A stretch of DNA of 42,517 nt from positions 1 to 42,517 of the forward strand of contig JASMER010000001.1 of the NCBI GenBank assembly GCA_030752195.1, given 5' to 3'. Under the pieces are notes generated by a model. It was not told the DNA's origin and searched no databases. It was given only the letters and a program-made list of their open reading frames with translations. Below, piece after piece: positions 24,713 to 34,021 of this stretch. The number at the start of each line of letters is the position of its first letter. Position 1 is the first letter of the stretch. Source of the stretch: Gammaproteobacteria bacterium. Its GTDB lineage: Bacteria > Pseudomonadota > Gammaproteobacteria > Pseudomonadales > Pseudohongiellaceae. Made by a program: the position numbers and the translations under genes.

Positions 24713-25280
24713 TTCTGGACGCCCTCTGGATTGGCACAGGTCCAGCAAATAACCCGCGCTGACAATTTGGAACCGCTCGTTAACTTATTAAGACATTTAG
24801 AATATCGACTCACGGGGTAAGAGTCCATGTCAACACAAGACCACAGCTGCAGACGGTCTATCCGCTTACAGTCAGGAACACCCGAGCTCTGCCAGCAGCC
24901 AGCATAGCCTCGTAGTCGCAGTCAGTCACGTGCTGCCCAAGCTGCTCCAAAAAAACAAATGCGGCCACTCCGGAAGAGTGCGCGACTACCTTGCGCGGAC
25001 AATCAACGAAACAGTGAATCAGACTCATGGACTGACTGAGAAGCTGACCATTCACGAAAAACAATACCCCCCAGAACGCATGCCCATGCAGCCCGCTGCT
25101 TATTTTTTACCCTCATGATCATCCCCAACACGCTCTACGAAAGCCATAGAAGCTGGGCCGCGCAGCCGAGTGTTCCGACTGATGAAATTCGATTGGGACG
25201 TGTCTGATCGGCCGGTCAAACGTGCTTTCAGTTTACCTGTGATGAACCGGCAAAAGGGCTAAGTGGCCCGAGCCTCAGAC

Positions 25281-25844
25281 CTAGAAGGCATCCCCGATGA
25301 AATACACTATCGCACCAAGTGCCACAGCCCACAGACAGCAGGCCAACACATCAAGCAGAGAATAGACTCGCCGACTGAAACCGCTGGCTCCGATCATCGC
25401 GGGCAGCACGCTGCGAATGGCCGGTACAAATCGACCAATGAAGATAGTCAGTGGGCCAAATCTGGTAATCAATTCGCTGGCCCTAGTTATCGCTGCATGG
25501 TGCCGCGCTGCGAACCTAGATCGAGTCAAATGGGGACCCAGAAAATAACCCACATAAAACCCGAAGTGATCTCCAGCAACAGCCCCGAGCGTGGCCAGGG
25601 CACAGATGAAAGGAAGTGATGCCAGCTCAGTAAAAAACAGGGCTGAGGACACAATCACCAGAAACGCGCCAGAGATAAACAGACCAATACCAAGACAGGC
25701 TTCCGCAAAGGCCAGCAAGGGCACAAGCAGGACAGCGCTGCTCTGGTTCTCCTCAAGCAGGCTTATGAAATAAGTCTCGATGACCAATCGCCTCTCACTG
25801 CGATGATGATAGCTTGCCCTGAGCCGGAAATACGGAGGGCACAT
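25281..25844 (-). CDS. DedA/VTT-domain family membrane protein
   Basis: 187-aa ORF. LAFAEACLGIGLFISG...GAVAGDHFGFYVGYFLG...FGPLTIFIGRFVPAIRSVLPAMIGASG matches the DedA core. The first 20 or so residues (MCPPYFRLRASYHHRSERR) look non-native, so the true start may be an internal non-ATG codon. Confidence 0.7.
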   Translation of the reverse strand: MCPPYFRLRASYHHRSERRLVIETYFISLLEENQSSAVLLVPLLAFAEACLGIGLFISGAFLVIVSSALFFTELASLPFICALATLGAVAGDHFGFYVGYFLGPHLTRSRFAARHHAAITRASELITRFGPLTIFIGRFVPAIRSVLPAMIGASGFSRRVYSLLDVLACCLWAVALGAIVYFIGDAF

Positions 25845-25890
25845 GAGGACTCAGATTTTCCGGACGCTTCTTTGGGCGCACCACTTCCAA

Positions 25891-26655
25891 CTAGTGATTC
25901 CACCAAGGCATGCAAGAAAAAGGTCGAAGATCCAATTCATGAGTCCACGCAGAACGGTGTTGTTGAGACAGATGCCAGTAAGTTTCTGCCACTTCATCAG
26001 GCTTTATCAGACCGTCCTCAGCACCCTTCGTCTCGCGCATCTTTTGAAAGGCCTCGGCCCCCAGCATTTTGCCGAGCGTATCAGGTGCATCAACAGGACC
26101 ATCAATTACAATGTGAGATACATGGATATTCTCAGGACCATACTGCGCATTCAGGGACTGACAAAGCATTCTTCGTCCGCCCATGGCTGCGGCGTGAGAA
26201 TGCTGACCGGCATTACCCCGCACAGCGGCGGTTGAAGACGTGACCAGCAGCGTTCCTTTTCCTCGCTGCTGCATCAAGGGACAAAGCACCTGCGCGACCC
26301 GGAAAAGACCCAGAACCCCCATACGCCATCCCAACTCGAAGACCTTTGCGGGCGTCTCCTCAAGACGCCGATCACCTATCTGCGCCCCAAGATTATAAAT
26401 AAGCACCTCGATCGGACCCAAATCATGCTCAACGAGCCGAACCTGCTCCTCAAGAGTCTCGGGTTCAACCGCATTCAGCAGATAACCACTGGCAGACCCT
26501 CCCTCGGCCTTAATTTCTGCAGTCAGCTGATCAAGGCCTTCTTGTCCGGTCCTGCGGCACAGCGCTGCGTGGTATCCGCCTCGAGCAAAACGCTTGGCCA
26601 CATGGCCGCCTATCCCGGCGCCTGCGCCGATAATAAGACAAACTGGTTGCATCAT
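25891..26655 (-). CDS. Short-chain dehydrogenase/reductase (SDR) family oxidoreductase
   Basis: 254 aa with a GAGGAA Shine-Dalgarno sequence. The N-terminal cofactor motif is CLIIGAGAGIGGHVAKRFARGG, and NLGA and SSTAA segments are present. Confidence 0.9.
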   Translation of the reverse strand: MMQPVCLIIGAGAGIGGHVAKRFARGGYHAALCRRTGQEGLDQLTAEIKAEGGSASGYLLNAVEPETLEEQVRLVEHDLGPIEVLIYNLGAQIGDRRLEETPAKVFELGWRMGVLGLFRVAQVLCPLMQQRGKGTLLVTSSTAAVRGNAGQHSHAAAMGGRRMLCQSLNAQYGPENIHVSHIVIDGPVDAPDTLGKMLGAEAFQKMRETKGAEDGLIKPDEVAETYWHLSQQHRSAWTHELDLRPFSCMPWWNH

Positions 26656-26920
26656 TCATTCCTCATAGCAGGAGATTTAATTTCCCATGACACTGATTCA
26701 CAATTCACGGCATACCACAAAATTAGCGAAAAAACCGTGGCTTGCCTACAGACTACCGTGAGAATAATGGCTGGGCACAGTGTGAAGCCGCATGCTGGCT
26801 GGAGCGGATCACCGCAAGACCTTCCTCGACAGGGGCTCAGATGCTGCTTGTTATTTCGGGGAAAATCGTTACGCTAACGGTTCGAAAATTCTACGGCAAA
26901 CTATCAGGGAAAGTTTTTCT

Positions 26921-27883
26921 ATGGCGATTCCAGAATGCATGCAGGGCCGGCTGTCAGTCCCGATTGTCGGTGCCCCTCTTTTTATCATATCCAACCCTGA
27001 TCTGGTGATTGCTCAGTGCAAAGCTGGGGTAGTGGGCTCGTTTCCCGCCCTGAATGCTCGGCCTGCGGAAGAACTAGACAAATGGCTCACACGCATAAAG
27101 ACAGAATTAGCCGAGCATGATGCCGCCAACCCCGATAAACCCTCTGCACCGTTCGCCGTGAATCAGATTGTTCACGGCTCTAACGATCGGCTGATGCATG
27201 ACGTGGACATGTGTGTTAAGCATGAAGTCCCTGTGGTTATTACCTCTCTTGGTGCCAGACCGGAAGTGTTCGATGCCATACACTCTTACGGCGGCATTTG
27301 CCTGCATGATGTTATTAACAACCGATTTGCCAAAAAAGCGATTGAAAAAGGCGCCGATGGTCTGATCTGTGTTGCCGCAGGCGCCGGAGGGCATGCCGGC
27401 ACCTTGTCACCCATGGCGTTCATACAAGAGGTCAGAGACTGGTTCCATGGGCCAATACTGCTTTCCGGTGCCATCGGAACGGGTGATGCCGTGCTAGCTG
27501 CGCAAGCGATGGGCGCAGATCTTGCCTATCTTGGTTCCGCGTTTATCGCCACCGAGGAGGCCAATGCAGTGGAGGGCTACAAACAAGGAATCGTAGAAAA
27601 TGCGTCGAGCGATATAGTCTATACCAATCTATTCACCGGTGTGCATGGCAATTATCTGCGGCCATCCATCGAAGCGGCGGGGCTAGACCCTGATGATCTA
27701 CCACAGAGCGACCCCTCTAACATGAACTTCGGTTCCGGAGGCAGTGCCAAAAAGAAGGCCTGGAAAGATATTTGGGGCTCAGGACAGGGTATCAACGCCA
27801 TCAAAGAAGTGTTGCCTACCAGCGCTCTGGTGGGCCGCCTCAAATCGGAATACACTGCAGCCAGAGAGCGCATCAGCCTGTAA
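26921..27883 (+). CDS. Nitronate monooxygenase (NMO / 2-nitropropane dioxygenase, FabK-like FMN TIM barrel)
   Basis: I trimmed ORF 26792-27883 to ATG 26921, which has AGGGAAAG upstream. The motifs [50 protein letters not shown] and [14 protein letters not shown] are present. Confidence 0.85.
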   Translation: MAIPECMQGRLSVPIVGAPLFIISNPDLVIAQCKAGVVGSFPALNARPAEELDKWLTRIKTELAEHDAANPDKPSAPFAVNQIVHGSNDRLMHDVDMCVKHEVPVVITSLGARPEVFDAIHSYGGICLHDVINNRFAKKAIEKGADGLICVAAGAGGHAGTLSPMAFIQEVRDWFHGPILLSGAIGTGDAVLAAQAMGADLAYLGSAFIATEEANAVEGYKQGIVENASSDIVYTNLFTGVHGNYLRPSIEAAGLDPDDLPQSDPSNMNFGSGGSAKKKAWKDIWGSGQGINAIKEVLPTSALVGRLKSEYTAARERISL

Positions 27884-27900
27884 TCGGCTTCAGGCCAGCC

Positions 27901-28350
27901 ATGAAAATCTGGGTGGATGCTGATGCCTGTCCGGGCGCCATCAAAGAAATTTTGTTCCGGGCCGCTGAGCGGACGCAAACCCCTGTGACTCTGGTAGCCA
28001 ACCAAGCTCTGCGCACACCGCCATCAAGACTGATCAGAGCGGTTCAGGTGCCGGGAGGATTTGATGTTGCCGACACTGAAATCGTGCGCCGCACTGACCC
28101 CGGAGATCTCGTCATTACCAGCGACATTCCGCTGGCGGCGGAAGTGATTGATCGACAAGCACTGGCACTGAGTCCCCGCGGAGAACTTTTCTCCAAAAAC
28201 AACATAGGCGCTCGCTTGAACATGCGCGACTTTCTGGAAACCATGCGCGGCAGCGGTGAACATACGGGAGGACCTGCACCTTTCAGCAATTCCGACAAGA
28301 AGCAGTTCGCAGATCAGCTGGATCGCCTGCTCGCCAGCCGAACCGGCTAG
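27901..28350 (+). CDS. yaiI: YaiI/YqxD family protein (UPF0178/DUF188)
   Basis: I trimmed ORF 27772-28350 to ATG 27901. [25 protein letters not shown]...[14 protein letters not shown] is the family signature. Confidence 0.85.
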   Translation: MKIWVDADACPGAIKEILFRAAERTQTPVTLVANQALRTPPSRLIRAVQVPGGFDVADTEIVRRTDPGDLVITSDIPLAAEVIDRQALALSPRGELFSKNNIGARLNMRDFLETMRGSGEHTGGPAPFSNSDKKQFADQLDRLLASRTG

Positions 28351-28353
28351 CGC

Positions 28354-29421
28354 TTACTCTCCCGCACGGTTGTTTGGATGCACGATATAGACTTGCGCCA
28401 TTTTGACATCCAGCGAGGTTGAAATGGCTGTGTTCTCGCCGGTCAACGGGTCTGGGTAGGCGTCTGCAAAGCGTCTAAGCGCCTTGTACAGGGAAATACC
28501 GGAAATTTGGCCGTTGCTGAGGTGATGGGTCGAGTCGTTGCGGATCAGTTGGTAATACCAGGTATCTACGTCAGCATAGCCGGCCAGAACTCCGCTTGCC
28601 TGCTCCGAACTGAGATCGAGCTGGAAGCGCGCATCTCTGAAGACATGAATCGACGGCACACTGAGGTTCTGCCAGGGCATGACCATTTCCGCGATCGGCT
28701 CGGTAATTAGAACGCCGTCGACAATCTTGCCAGCAAACTGCCGGATCAGGCTCTCTCCCCATCGATAGTCAATACGCTGCGTGCCGCCTGCCATGACCTT
28801 TTGGCCTGTGGCGTCCGTTAGCAGGCGATCCATCCCTCGGTACAGATTGATGAGCACAGAATCATCATTTTCAAGACTGTCGACCTCGGTTAGTTCAATC
28901 ATCATGCGATTATACACTTCATCCAGAATTGCTTTATTCTGGAATATGTATTCCACTCCGTCGGGCCCGCGAAATCCGATGATACAACCCACTGCCCGGT
29001 ATACCTCGTTGTCTATTCCGGGAGTGCCATCCGGGTGCGTGAAGTCATTGGCGCTCATTTTTCCATCGAGATTCAACCCCCAGGATAATCTTCCCTCTAC
29101 TTCGAAAAACTCGAAACCATCAGGTTCGGTATTCGGATGCCAGGTCTGTATTTCTTGTGCAAGCTGCGTCTCTTCAACGCTCAGAGATTCGTGATCAGGG
29201 AAGAGCTTCTGAAATTGCTCTCGCGGACCGTCATTGAAACCTTTGGGGCACTCGGCCCGCGCATCTTCAGTCTGGTAAACCGACCAGAATAAATCAGTCA
29301 TTACATAGCTGATAGTTCGGTTTCTTATTCTAGACTCCTCGGCCTGAACAGGGGGATTTATCAGGAAGCCGCTCAGCAACACTACACGTAATGTAAATCT
29401 GCCAGCGTGAAAAGTTCCCAT
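28354..29421 (-). CDS. Secreted hypothetical protein (355 aa, no recognisable family), last gene of the cytochrome/DUF1592/DUF1552 string
   Basis: I trimmed ORF 28354-29490 to ATG 29421, which overlaps the upstream stop by 1 nt (TGATG). The signal is MGTFHAGRFTLRVVLLSGFLINPPVQAEE. I recognised no conserved motif. Confidence 0.6.
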   Translation of the reverse strand: MGTFHAGRFTLRVVLLSGFLINPPVQAEESRIRNRTISYVMTDLFWSVYQTEDARAECPKGFNDGPREQFQKLFPDHESLSVEETQLAQEIQTWHPNTEPDGFEFFEVEGRLSWGLNLDGKMSANDFTHPDGTPGIDNEVYRAVGCIIGFRGPDGVEYIFQNKAILDEVYNRMMIELTEVDSLENDDSVLINLYRGMDRLLTDATGQKVMAGGTQRIDYRWGESLIRQFAGKIVDGVLITEPIAEMVMPWQNLSVPSIHVFRDARFQLDLSSEQASGVLAGYADVDTWYYQLIRNDSTHHLSNGQISGISLYKALRRFADAYPDPLTGENTAISTSLDVKMAQVYIVHPNNRAGE

Positions 29422-30785
29422 CACAAGGTCCCCCGAAAAAAATCGTCCCGCAGCATAATCGCCTTTAGGCCATTTCGCTGGCCTCGCCATTCTCCGGTAC
29501 CACCACCATGGACATCGCCAGGCGATGAATCGCCAGCGAAGGTGTACACCGGTCGATCACGGTAGGCCCAGACGCGAAGAGCGTCTTCCTGTTGCGCCGC
29601 AGTGAAACGACCTGTGCGAGGGTCAATCCATACAATAGACCAGGTGCGATTGGTCGACTGCTCTTTGTCACTAGCCAGAACATATGGCCAGTGTTCAAGG
29701 CAACGCTCAGGATCTCCTGCACCACACATGGCCAGACGATAAACTTGCGTTTCGGTGGGATGGTCGCAGCCTAACTGATCCTGAGAATCTTCGCCGCAGT
29801 GATAGATATAAATAGTTTTGCCATCCGAATCGGCCAGCACGTCGCCAACGATAGTATGCTGTGGTTTGAATCTTGAGGGATAGGAATCCGCGATCTGGGT
29901 GAACACATTGTACCAACCGGGCTCGTCGCTGCCTTGCTGCGACCAAGTGCCAGAATCCAGAATATATGTGTAGAGCGGCTTGCCTCTAAACACCCACTGG
30001 CGCTCGCCGGGTGAACGCTCCAGCAGCGACCATTCGCCCTGCTCTCTGGCCAAGGAAGGCGCTAACACCGGTTTCCATTTAGCCAGACATTCTGCAAGGC
30101 AGCTGGTACTTTCAGCAGTATCTCCAGAATAGCTGTAGATCGATTCACTGCGATCTGTCCCCAGCATCCGACCATTGAAGGAGCTTCGGATTGAAAAACC
30201 CGGGGGATGCAGCGAAGGCGGGCCAACAGGTACACGTTTAGCCGGCGCATCACCACCGAAGCGCCGGCGCGTGCCACCAAGCACATCTCCGGGCTCTTGA
30301 TCTTTGACTGAAGTATAAAGCGGCTGCTCCTGATAGGCCCACTGCCGCGAGCCATCGCGACGCTCGACGATGGTCCATTCTCCGACCTCTTGGGCGCTCT
30401 CTTCCGCTGTGACAGGTTTCCACAGATCTGTGCAACTCTTTCGCTCATCCAGTTCAGGCAGGCGAATCCCCGGAGGATAGGGGCTCATCAAGCCCGCCGT
30501 TACCGTTAAGACATCTTCATAACAGGCGGGCGAGCCGGGCGACTCACCGCTGTAGCCGTTACGTAACTTGTGCTGCGGCCATTTGTACAGCGTCATGCCG
30601 GACGTGTCGGCGAATACCGGCCCTTCCTGACTGGCTTCTACCCTGAAACCCTCGGGCATGGGAACGTCTCGGTAGGCTTCAGCAAACGATCCTTGATCGG
30701 CGCCCACAGCGATTGAGCAACAGGCAAGGAAGCTGATAGCAGAGAGGCTCAGAGCCACTTGATTAAGGCTGCTCACAATTCGCAA
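29421..30785 (-). CDS. Secreted protein with three COG4315-type units ('secreted repeat of unknown function', Yx[FWY]xxD lipoprotein repeat family)
   Basis: 454 aa with a TTG start and the signal ...LSAISFLACCSIAVGA. There are three units, each built as [G.T(L/I)Y..] ... [C...W(K)P] ... [W.......G..QW.(Y/F)...P(L/V)YT...D]. Examples are GMTLYKW/SCTDLWKPV/RQWAYQEQPLYTSVKD, then SIYSYSGD/CLAECLAKWKPV/RQWVFRGKPLYTYILD, then GKTIYIYHCGED/RCLEHWPYV/RVWAYRDRPVYTFAGD. Confidence 0.7.
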   Translation of the reverse strand: MRIVSSLNQVALSLSAISFLACCSIAVGADQGSFAEAYRDVPMPEGFRVEASQEGPVFADTSGMTLYKWPQHKLRNGYSGESPGSPACYEDVLTVTAGLMSPYPPGIRLPELDERKSCTDLWKPVTAEESAQEVGEWTIVERRDGSRQWAYQEQPLYTSVKDQEPGDVLGGTRRRFGGDAPAKRVPVGPPSLHPPGFSIRSSFNGRMLGTDRSESIYSYSGDTAESTSCLAECLAKWKPVLAPSLAREQGEWSLLERSPGERQWVFRGKPLYTYILDSGTWSQQGSDEPGWYNVFTQIADSYPSRFKPQHTIVGDVLADSDGKTIYIYHCGEDSQDQLGCDHPTETQVYRLAMCGAGDPERCLEHWPYVLASDKEQSTNRTWSIVWIDPRTGRFTAAQQEDALRVWAYRDRPVYTFAGDSSPGDVHGGGTGEWRGQRNGLKAIMLRDDFFRGTL

Positions 30786-30796
30786 TCCGTGATTTG

Positions 30797-32149
30797 CTAG
30801 GTGATGAGAATGTCACCAATTTCGCTTGAAGTGGTGTTGCTCTTATCCCCCCAAGTATCTATCTCAAGTCCCATCAGCCGCTGAGCGGTGAACCCGAGCC
30901 GGCAACCGGGTGACCCGCCGCCATCGATGTGCAGCCCGCTCTTGACGCGACCGCCAGCAGTGCCAGCGGAAAACATGGGGATACCGTCTATTGCGTGCAG
31001 CTTGGCAAAAGATTGATCAGTTGTGGCATATATGAACGAATTGTCCAGCAAAGAACCGTCACCCTCCTTGAAGCTGGCCAGGGCCTGCACGTAATAAGCC
31101 CATTCCTCCATAGCGCGACGTGTATACCAGGAGGTATAGGGCTGATAGCCCAACTCCGGATCCACGGCTTCTTCATGAGTCGCCGTGTGATGCGGCTTAT
31201 CGTATCCCGGCTGCGTCGTTGCTGAGAAGGCAGAAGCATAGAACATATTGAACACACGGGTCTGGTCGCAGGCCACCGCCATGAGCATCAGATCAGTCAT
31301 CATGCGATGCCTTGTTGCTACCAGATCCGCATCCAGCCCCGTTGGCAAATCCATAGGTTCTTCCAACACCACACAGGCTTCACGAGGGTCGGGTTTGGTG
31401 AGCTGCAGATCGAACCGCCGCTCAAGATCTCGCAATCCCGTAAAATACTGATCCAGACGGGCTCGATCCTCTGCACCAAGAGATTTCTCCAGCTTGCGGG
31501 CTTCCTCCTGAACAGCACTGAGCGCGCTCTGTCGCACCAACACTTTAGGATCGGGAGTAAACGTCGAGGCATTGGGATCCTGGAAGCCCTCCCCGAAAAG
31601 ACGCTGATAGAATCGTAGCGGAGACCACTCTGGCGTATTGACCGAATTTCCCCCTTCGTAGCTGAAGCTGTCGCGCACATCGCCGGTGGCGGTTGCGCTC
31701 AGGCTTCTGAAACGGGTGGCATTGCCAATCTGACGCGCGATCGACACATCAATGGTCTCACCAGGAAGATTCGCCCGCGCCGTTGGTGCGATACCGGAAC
31801 GCAGTACAACCCAGCCAGAGTGATGGCACAAATTGGGCGCATCATCTTTGAAAACATGAAAATTGGTATATAGGTTCAAGTGTTCTTGAACTGGCGCTAG
31901 CGCAGCAATTTCTTCAGGCAGATCAAAGTTCGCCCCGGTCTTCTTTGGCACAAAGATCGACTCACTCATACCAAGTCCCCAAGACCAGGTGCCGAAACGC
32001 AAGGGAATCGGCATGCCGTCTGCATAGGCCGTCCCGTTGTCATTCAGGAAGACATTCAAAAGTGGTAGCCCGACGGAGACTGCCCCACCCTTTAGGGTAC
32101 CCCTCAGGAACCGACGTCTGCTCAGTGTCTGCTCAAGCTTTTTCATCAC
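30797..32149 (-). CDS. Tat-exported DUF1552 (HXXSHH-family) protein
   Basis: 450 aa. The start is GTG 32149 or ATG 32146, overlapping the upstream stop (GTGATGA). The Tat signal is LSRRRFLRGTLKGGAVSVGLPLL. His-rich segments are NLCHHSGW and KPHHTATHEE. Overall it resembles the DUF1552 proteins that pair with DUF1592-type proteins. Confidence 0.8.
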   Translation of the reverse strand: MMKKLEQTLSRRRFLRGTLKGGAVSVGLPLLNVFLNDNGTAYADGMPIPLRFGTWSWGLGMSESIFVPKKTGANFDLPEEIAALAPVQEHLNLYTNFHVFKDDAPNLCHHSGWVVLRSGIAPTARANLPGETIDVSIARQIGNATRFRSLSATATGDVRDSFSYEGGNSVNTPEWSPLRFYQRLFGEGFQDPNASTFTPDPKVLVRQSALSAVQEEARKLEKSLGAEDRARLDQYFTGLRDLERRFDLQLTKPDPREACVVLEEPMDLPTGLDADLVATRHRMMTDLMLMAVACDQTRVFNMFYASAFSATTQPGYDKPHHTATHEEAVDPELGYQPYTSWYTRRAMEEWAYYVQALASFKEGDGSLLDNSFIYATTDQSFAKLHAIDGIPMFSAGTAGGRVKSGLHIDGGGSPGCRLGFTAQRLMGLEIDTWGDKSNTTSSEIGDILIT

Positions 32150-33936
32150 TCGTTCTCCATGCTTGCCAGAGCCATAGTAGATCCAGCCCTCTCGGCAGGC
32201 GCTTTAATTCGCAGCGATTCCCGCATTTTAACCTGAGTCTCTTCAGACCTCACGCGCGAAAATGCATCCGACAGCGCTATATCGCGCAATAACGTCGATA
32301 ATTGGTACCCATTTTTCGCAAAACGCGCTTCAAATTCCGCTAGCGTATCCCTGTCCTCCCTCAGAGAAACAGGCCCACCCGTCCCGTATGCGTATAGTCG
32401 ATTGATCAGGCAAGCGGACAATTTGGGATGATTACGGGTAGCATGTGCCAGACCGGCAATGTCCTCATAAAAAATGCCGTCCAGTTCGCCGGCTATGTCT
32501 AGTGGCGCGCCATTTTCAGTCTCACGGAAGCGACCTGCGCCGTCAAAATTTTCCAGTGAAAGACCCATCGGGTCGGTGATCAAGTGACACCCGGCACAGG
32601 ATGGATTGGTGTTATGAACCGCCAAGCGTTCTTTCGCTGTCGCAGCGTCCTCAGCTTCTTCCAAAGAAGAAAAGTCAACGTCCGGCGGAGGGTCAGGCAC
32701 TCGTTGGCACAGAAAGGTTTCGCGCAGCGCCTTGCCCCTGAGGGTCGGCGAACTTCGCACCGAATGAGAATGCGCAGCTAGAAAACTGACATGAGTCAGT
32801 AAACCCAACCGAGGGCCCTCTTCTTCAAACTCGAAAGGCACCCAGCCCTGACCGGCCGGCGTATCGTATACTGCGGCAAGCTGCAAGGACATGAAGGTTT
32901 GTCGCGTGGTGAAAAGATCCCGGTAGTCAGCCTGCCGTGCGACAAGATGGTCAACAATCGTGCGTAGAGTTTGCTCACGAGCGTGCTCAAGAGTGGTTCC
33001 CGTGACCATTGGATACACAAGGGGGTCCTTAGCGAGGCTGTTAAATTCGTCAAAGGCCATCAGATCATCAAAGAACGCCCTGACGCCTGATTCGAGACGT
33101 GCGCTGACAAGCATTCGATCCACTGCCCCTGCCAGGCCCTGCTGAGTATAGAGAATGCCCGCTTCCGCCTCCTGTAGCAGAACGCTATCAGGAGGGGCAT
33201 TCCATAGTAAAAAGCTCAATCTAGAAGCCAGTGAATAGGCGTCAAGGCGCTGCTGGCTGGGCGCATCAGGGTCAGCCTCAGCGCGATCAACAATGAAAAT
33301 AAAATCCGGACTGATCAGCATGGCTTCAAGGGCCAGTGCCAATCCATCATAGAAGTCACCGGTCTGCTCCGCAGCATAATCCGCGACATGCACGAGATCC
33401 GAGAGTCGGCTTTCACTCAGCGGACGACGAAACAGCAGTCGGCCGGTCTCTTCCAGAAAAAGTGCAGCACAGCTGGTATCAGCCGCTTCTGTCTCTTCCG
33501 GCGAACAGGGGATCAGGAAATCACGATGATCCTGATCGACGACCTGAGCTGCGATTGATGCGGCAGTCTGCTGAATCTGAGAGACCTGATCTGAGGTGAC
33601 TCCCACGAATGCACTACCCGAAGCCAGCAGCCCATCCGTCCTCGCCATCGGCGGAATCGGCGGCAAGATACTTTCAGCAATATCCTCACCGAAAAGCTGA
33701 GCGATTGAGTTGGCGTACTGATCGGCCGTCAGCAAACGAGTACGCAGCGGCGAGCCGGCACTCTGCTGCTCAGCGGACTCAGCACTTTGCGGATCGCTGC
33801 ATCCGGCGAGAGCGCTGAGCGCCAGAGCAATAATGGCGACTTGCCAGCGGGCCGATCCCGCGAGACATCGACAGTCATGCCAATAAGTGCTTATGGGCTT
33901 TTCCCCTGCGCTGTGTCTATCCAAGCGGATTACCAT
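32146..33936 (-). CDS. DUF1595/DUF1592/DUF1588/DUF1585 multi-domain lipoprotein with a CxxCH motif
   Basis: 596 aa with the lipoprotein-like signal ...IIALALSALAGCS. It has RLLTADQYANSI (DUF1595-like), LDAYSLASRLSFLLWNAPPD (DUF1592-like), HSHSVRSSPTLRGKALRETFLCQRVPDPPPDV (DUF1588-like) and NPSCAGCHLITDPMGLSLENFDGAGRFR (DUF1585-like; CAGCH at nt 32584-32598). The start codon is uncertain because the Shine-Dalgarno sequence at 33936 is poor. Confidence 0.8.
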   Translation of the reverse strand: MVIRLDRHSAGEKPISTYWHDCRCLAGSARWQVAIIALALSALAGCSDPQSAESAEQQSAGSPLRTRLLTADQYANSIAQLFGEDIAESILPPIPPMARTDGLLASGSAFVGVTSDQVSQIQQTAASIAAQVVDQDHRDFLIPCSPEETEAADTSCAALFLEETGRLLFRRPLSESRLSDLVHVADYAAEQTGDFYDGLALALEAMLISPDFIFIVDRAEADPDAPSQQRLDAYSLASRLSFLLWNAPPDSVLLQEAEAGILYTQQGLAGAVDRMLVSARLESGVRAFFDDLMAFDEFNSLAKDPLVYPMVTGTTLEHAREQTLRTIVDHLVARQADYRDLFTTRQTFMSLQLAAVYDTPAGQGWVPFEFEEEGPRLGLLTHVSFLAAHSHSVRSSPTLRGKALRETFLCQRVPDPPPDVDFSSLEEAEDAATAKERLAVHNTNPSCAGCHLITDPMGLSLENFDGAGRFRETENGAPLDIAGELDGIFYEDIAGLAHATRNHPKLSACLINRLYAYGTGGPVSLREDRDTLAEFEARFAKNGYQLSTLLRDIALSDAFSRVRSEETQVKMRESLRIKAPAERAGSTMALASMENE

Positions 33937-33960
33937 CCCTATGGGTAGGGTTAAATCCTA

Positions 33961-33988
33961 AAACTACCCGTATCACGAGGCCGGTCAA
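33961..33988 (-). promoter_or_regulatory. Candidate sigma70-type promoter upstream of the DUF1592-family gene
   Basis: On the minus strand: TTGACC (33988-33983), a 16-nt spacer, then TAGTTT (33966-33961). Found by eye only. If real, the DUF genes can be transcribed independently of the cytochrome c gene upstream. Confidence 0.2.
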
Positions 33989-34021
33989 GACTTATTTTTC
34001 TGTATTATACGCCAAAGCAGG

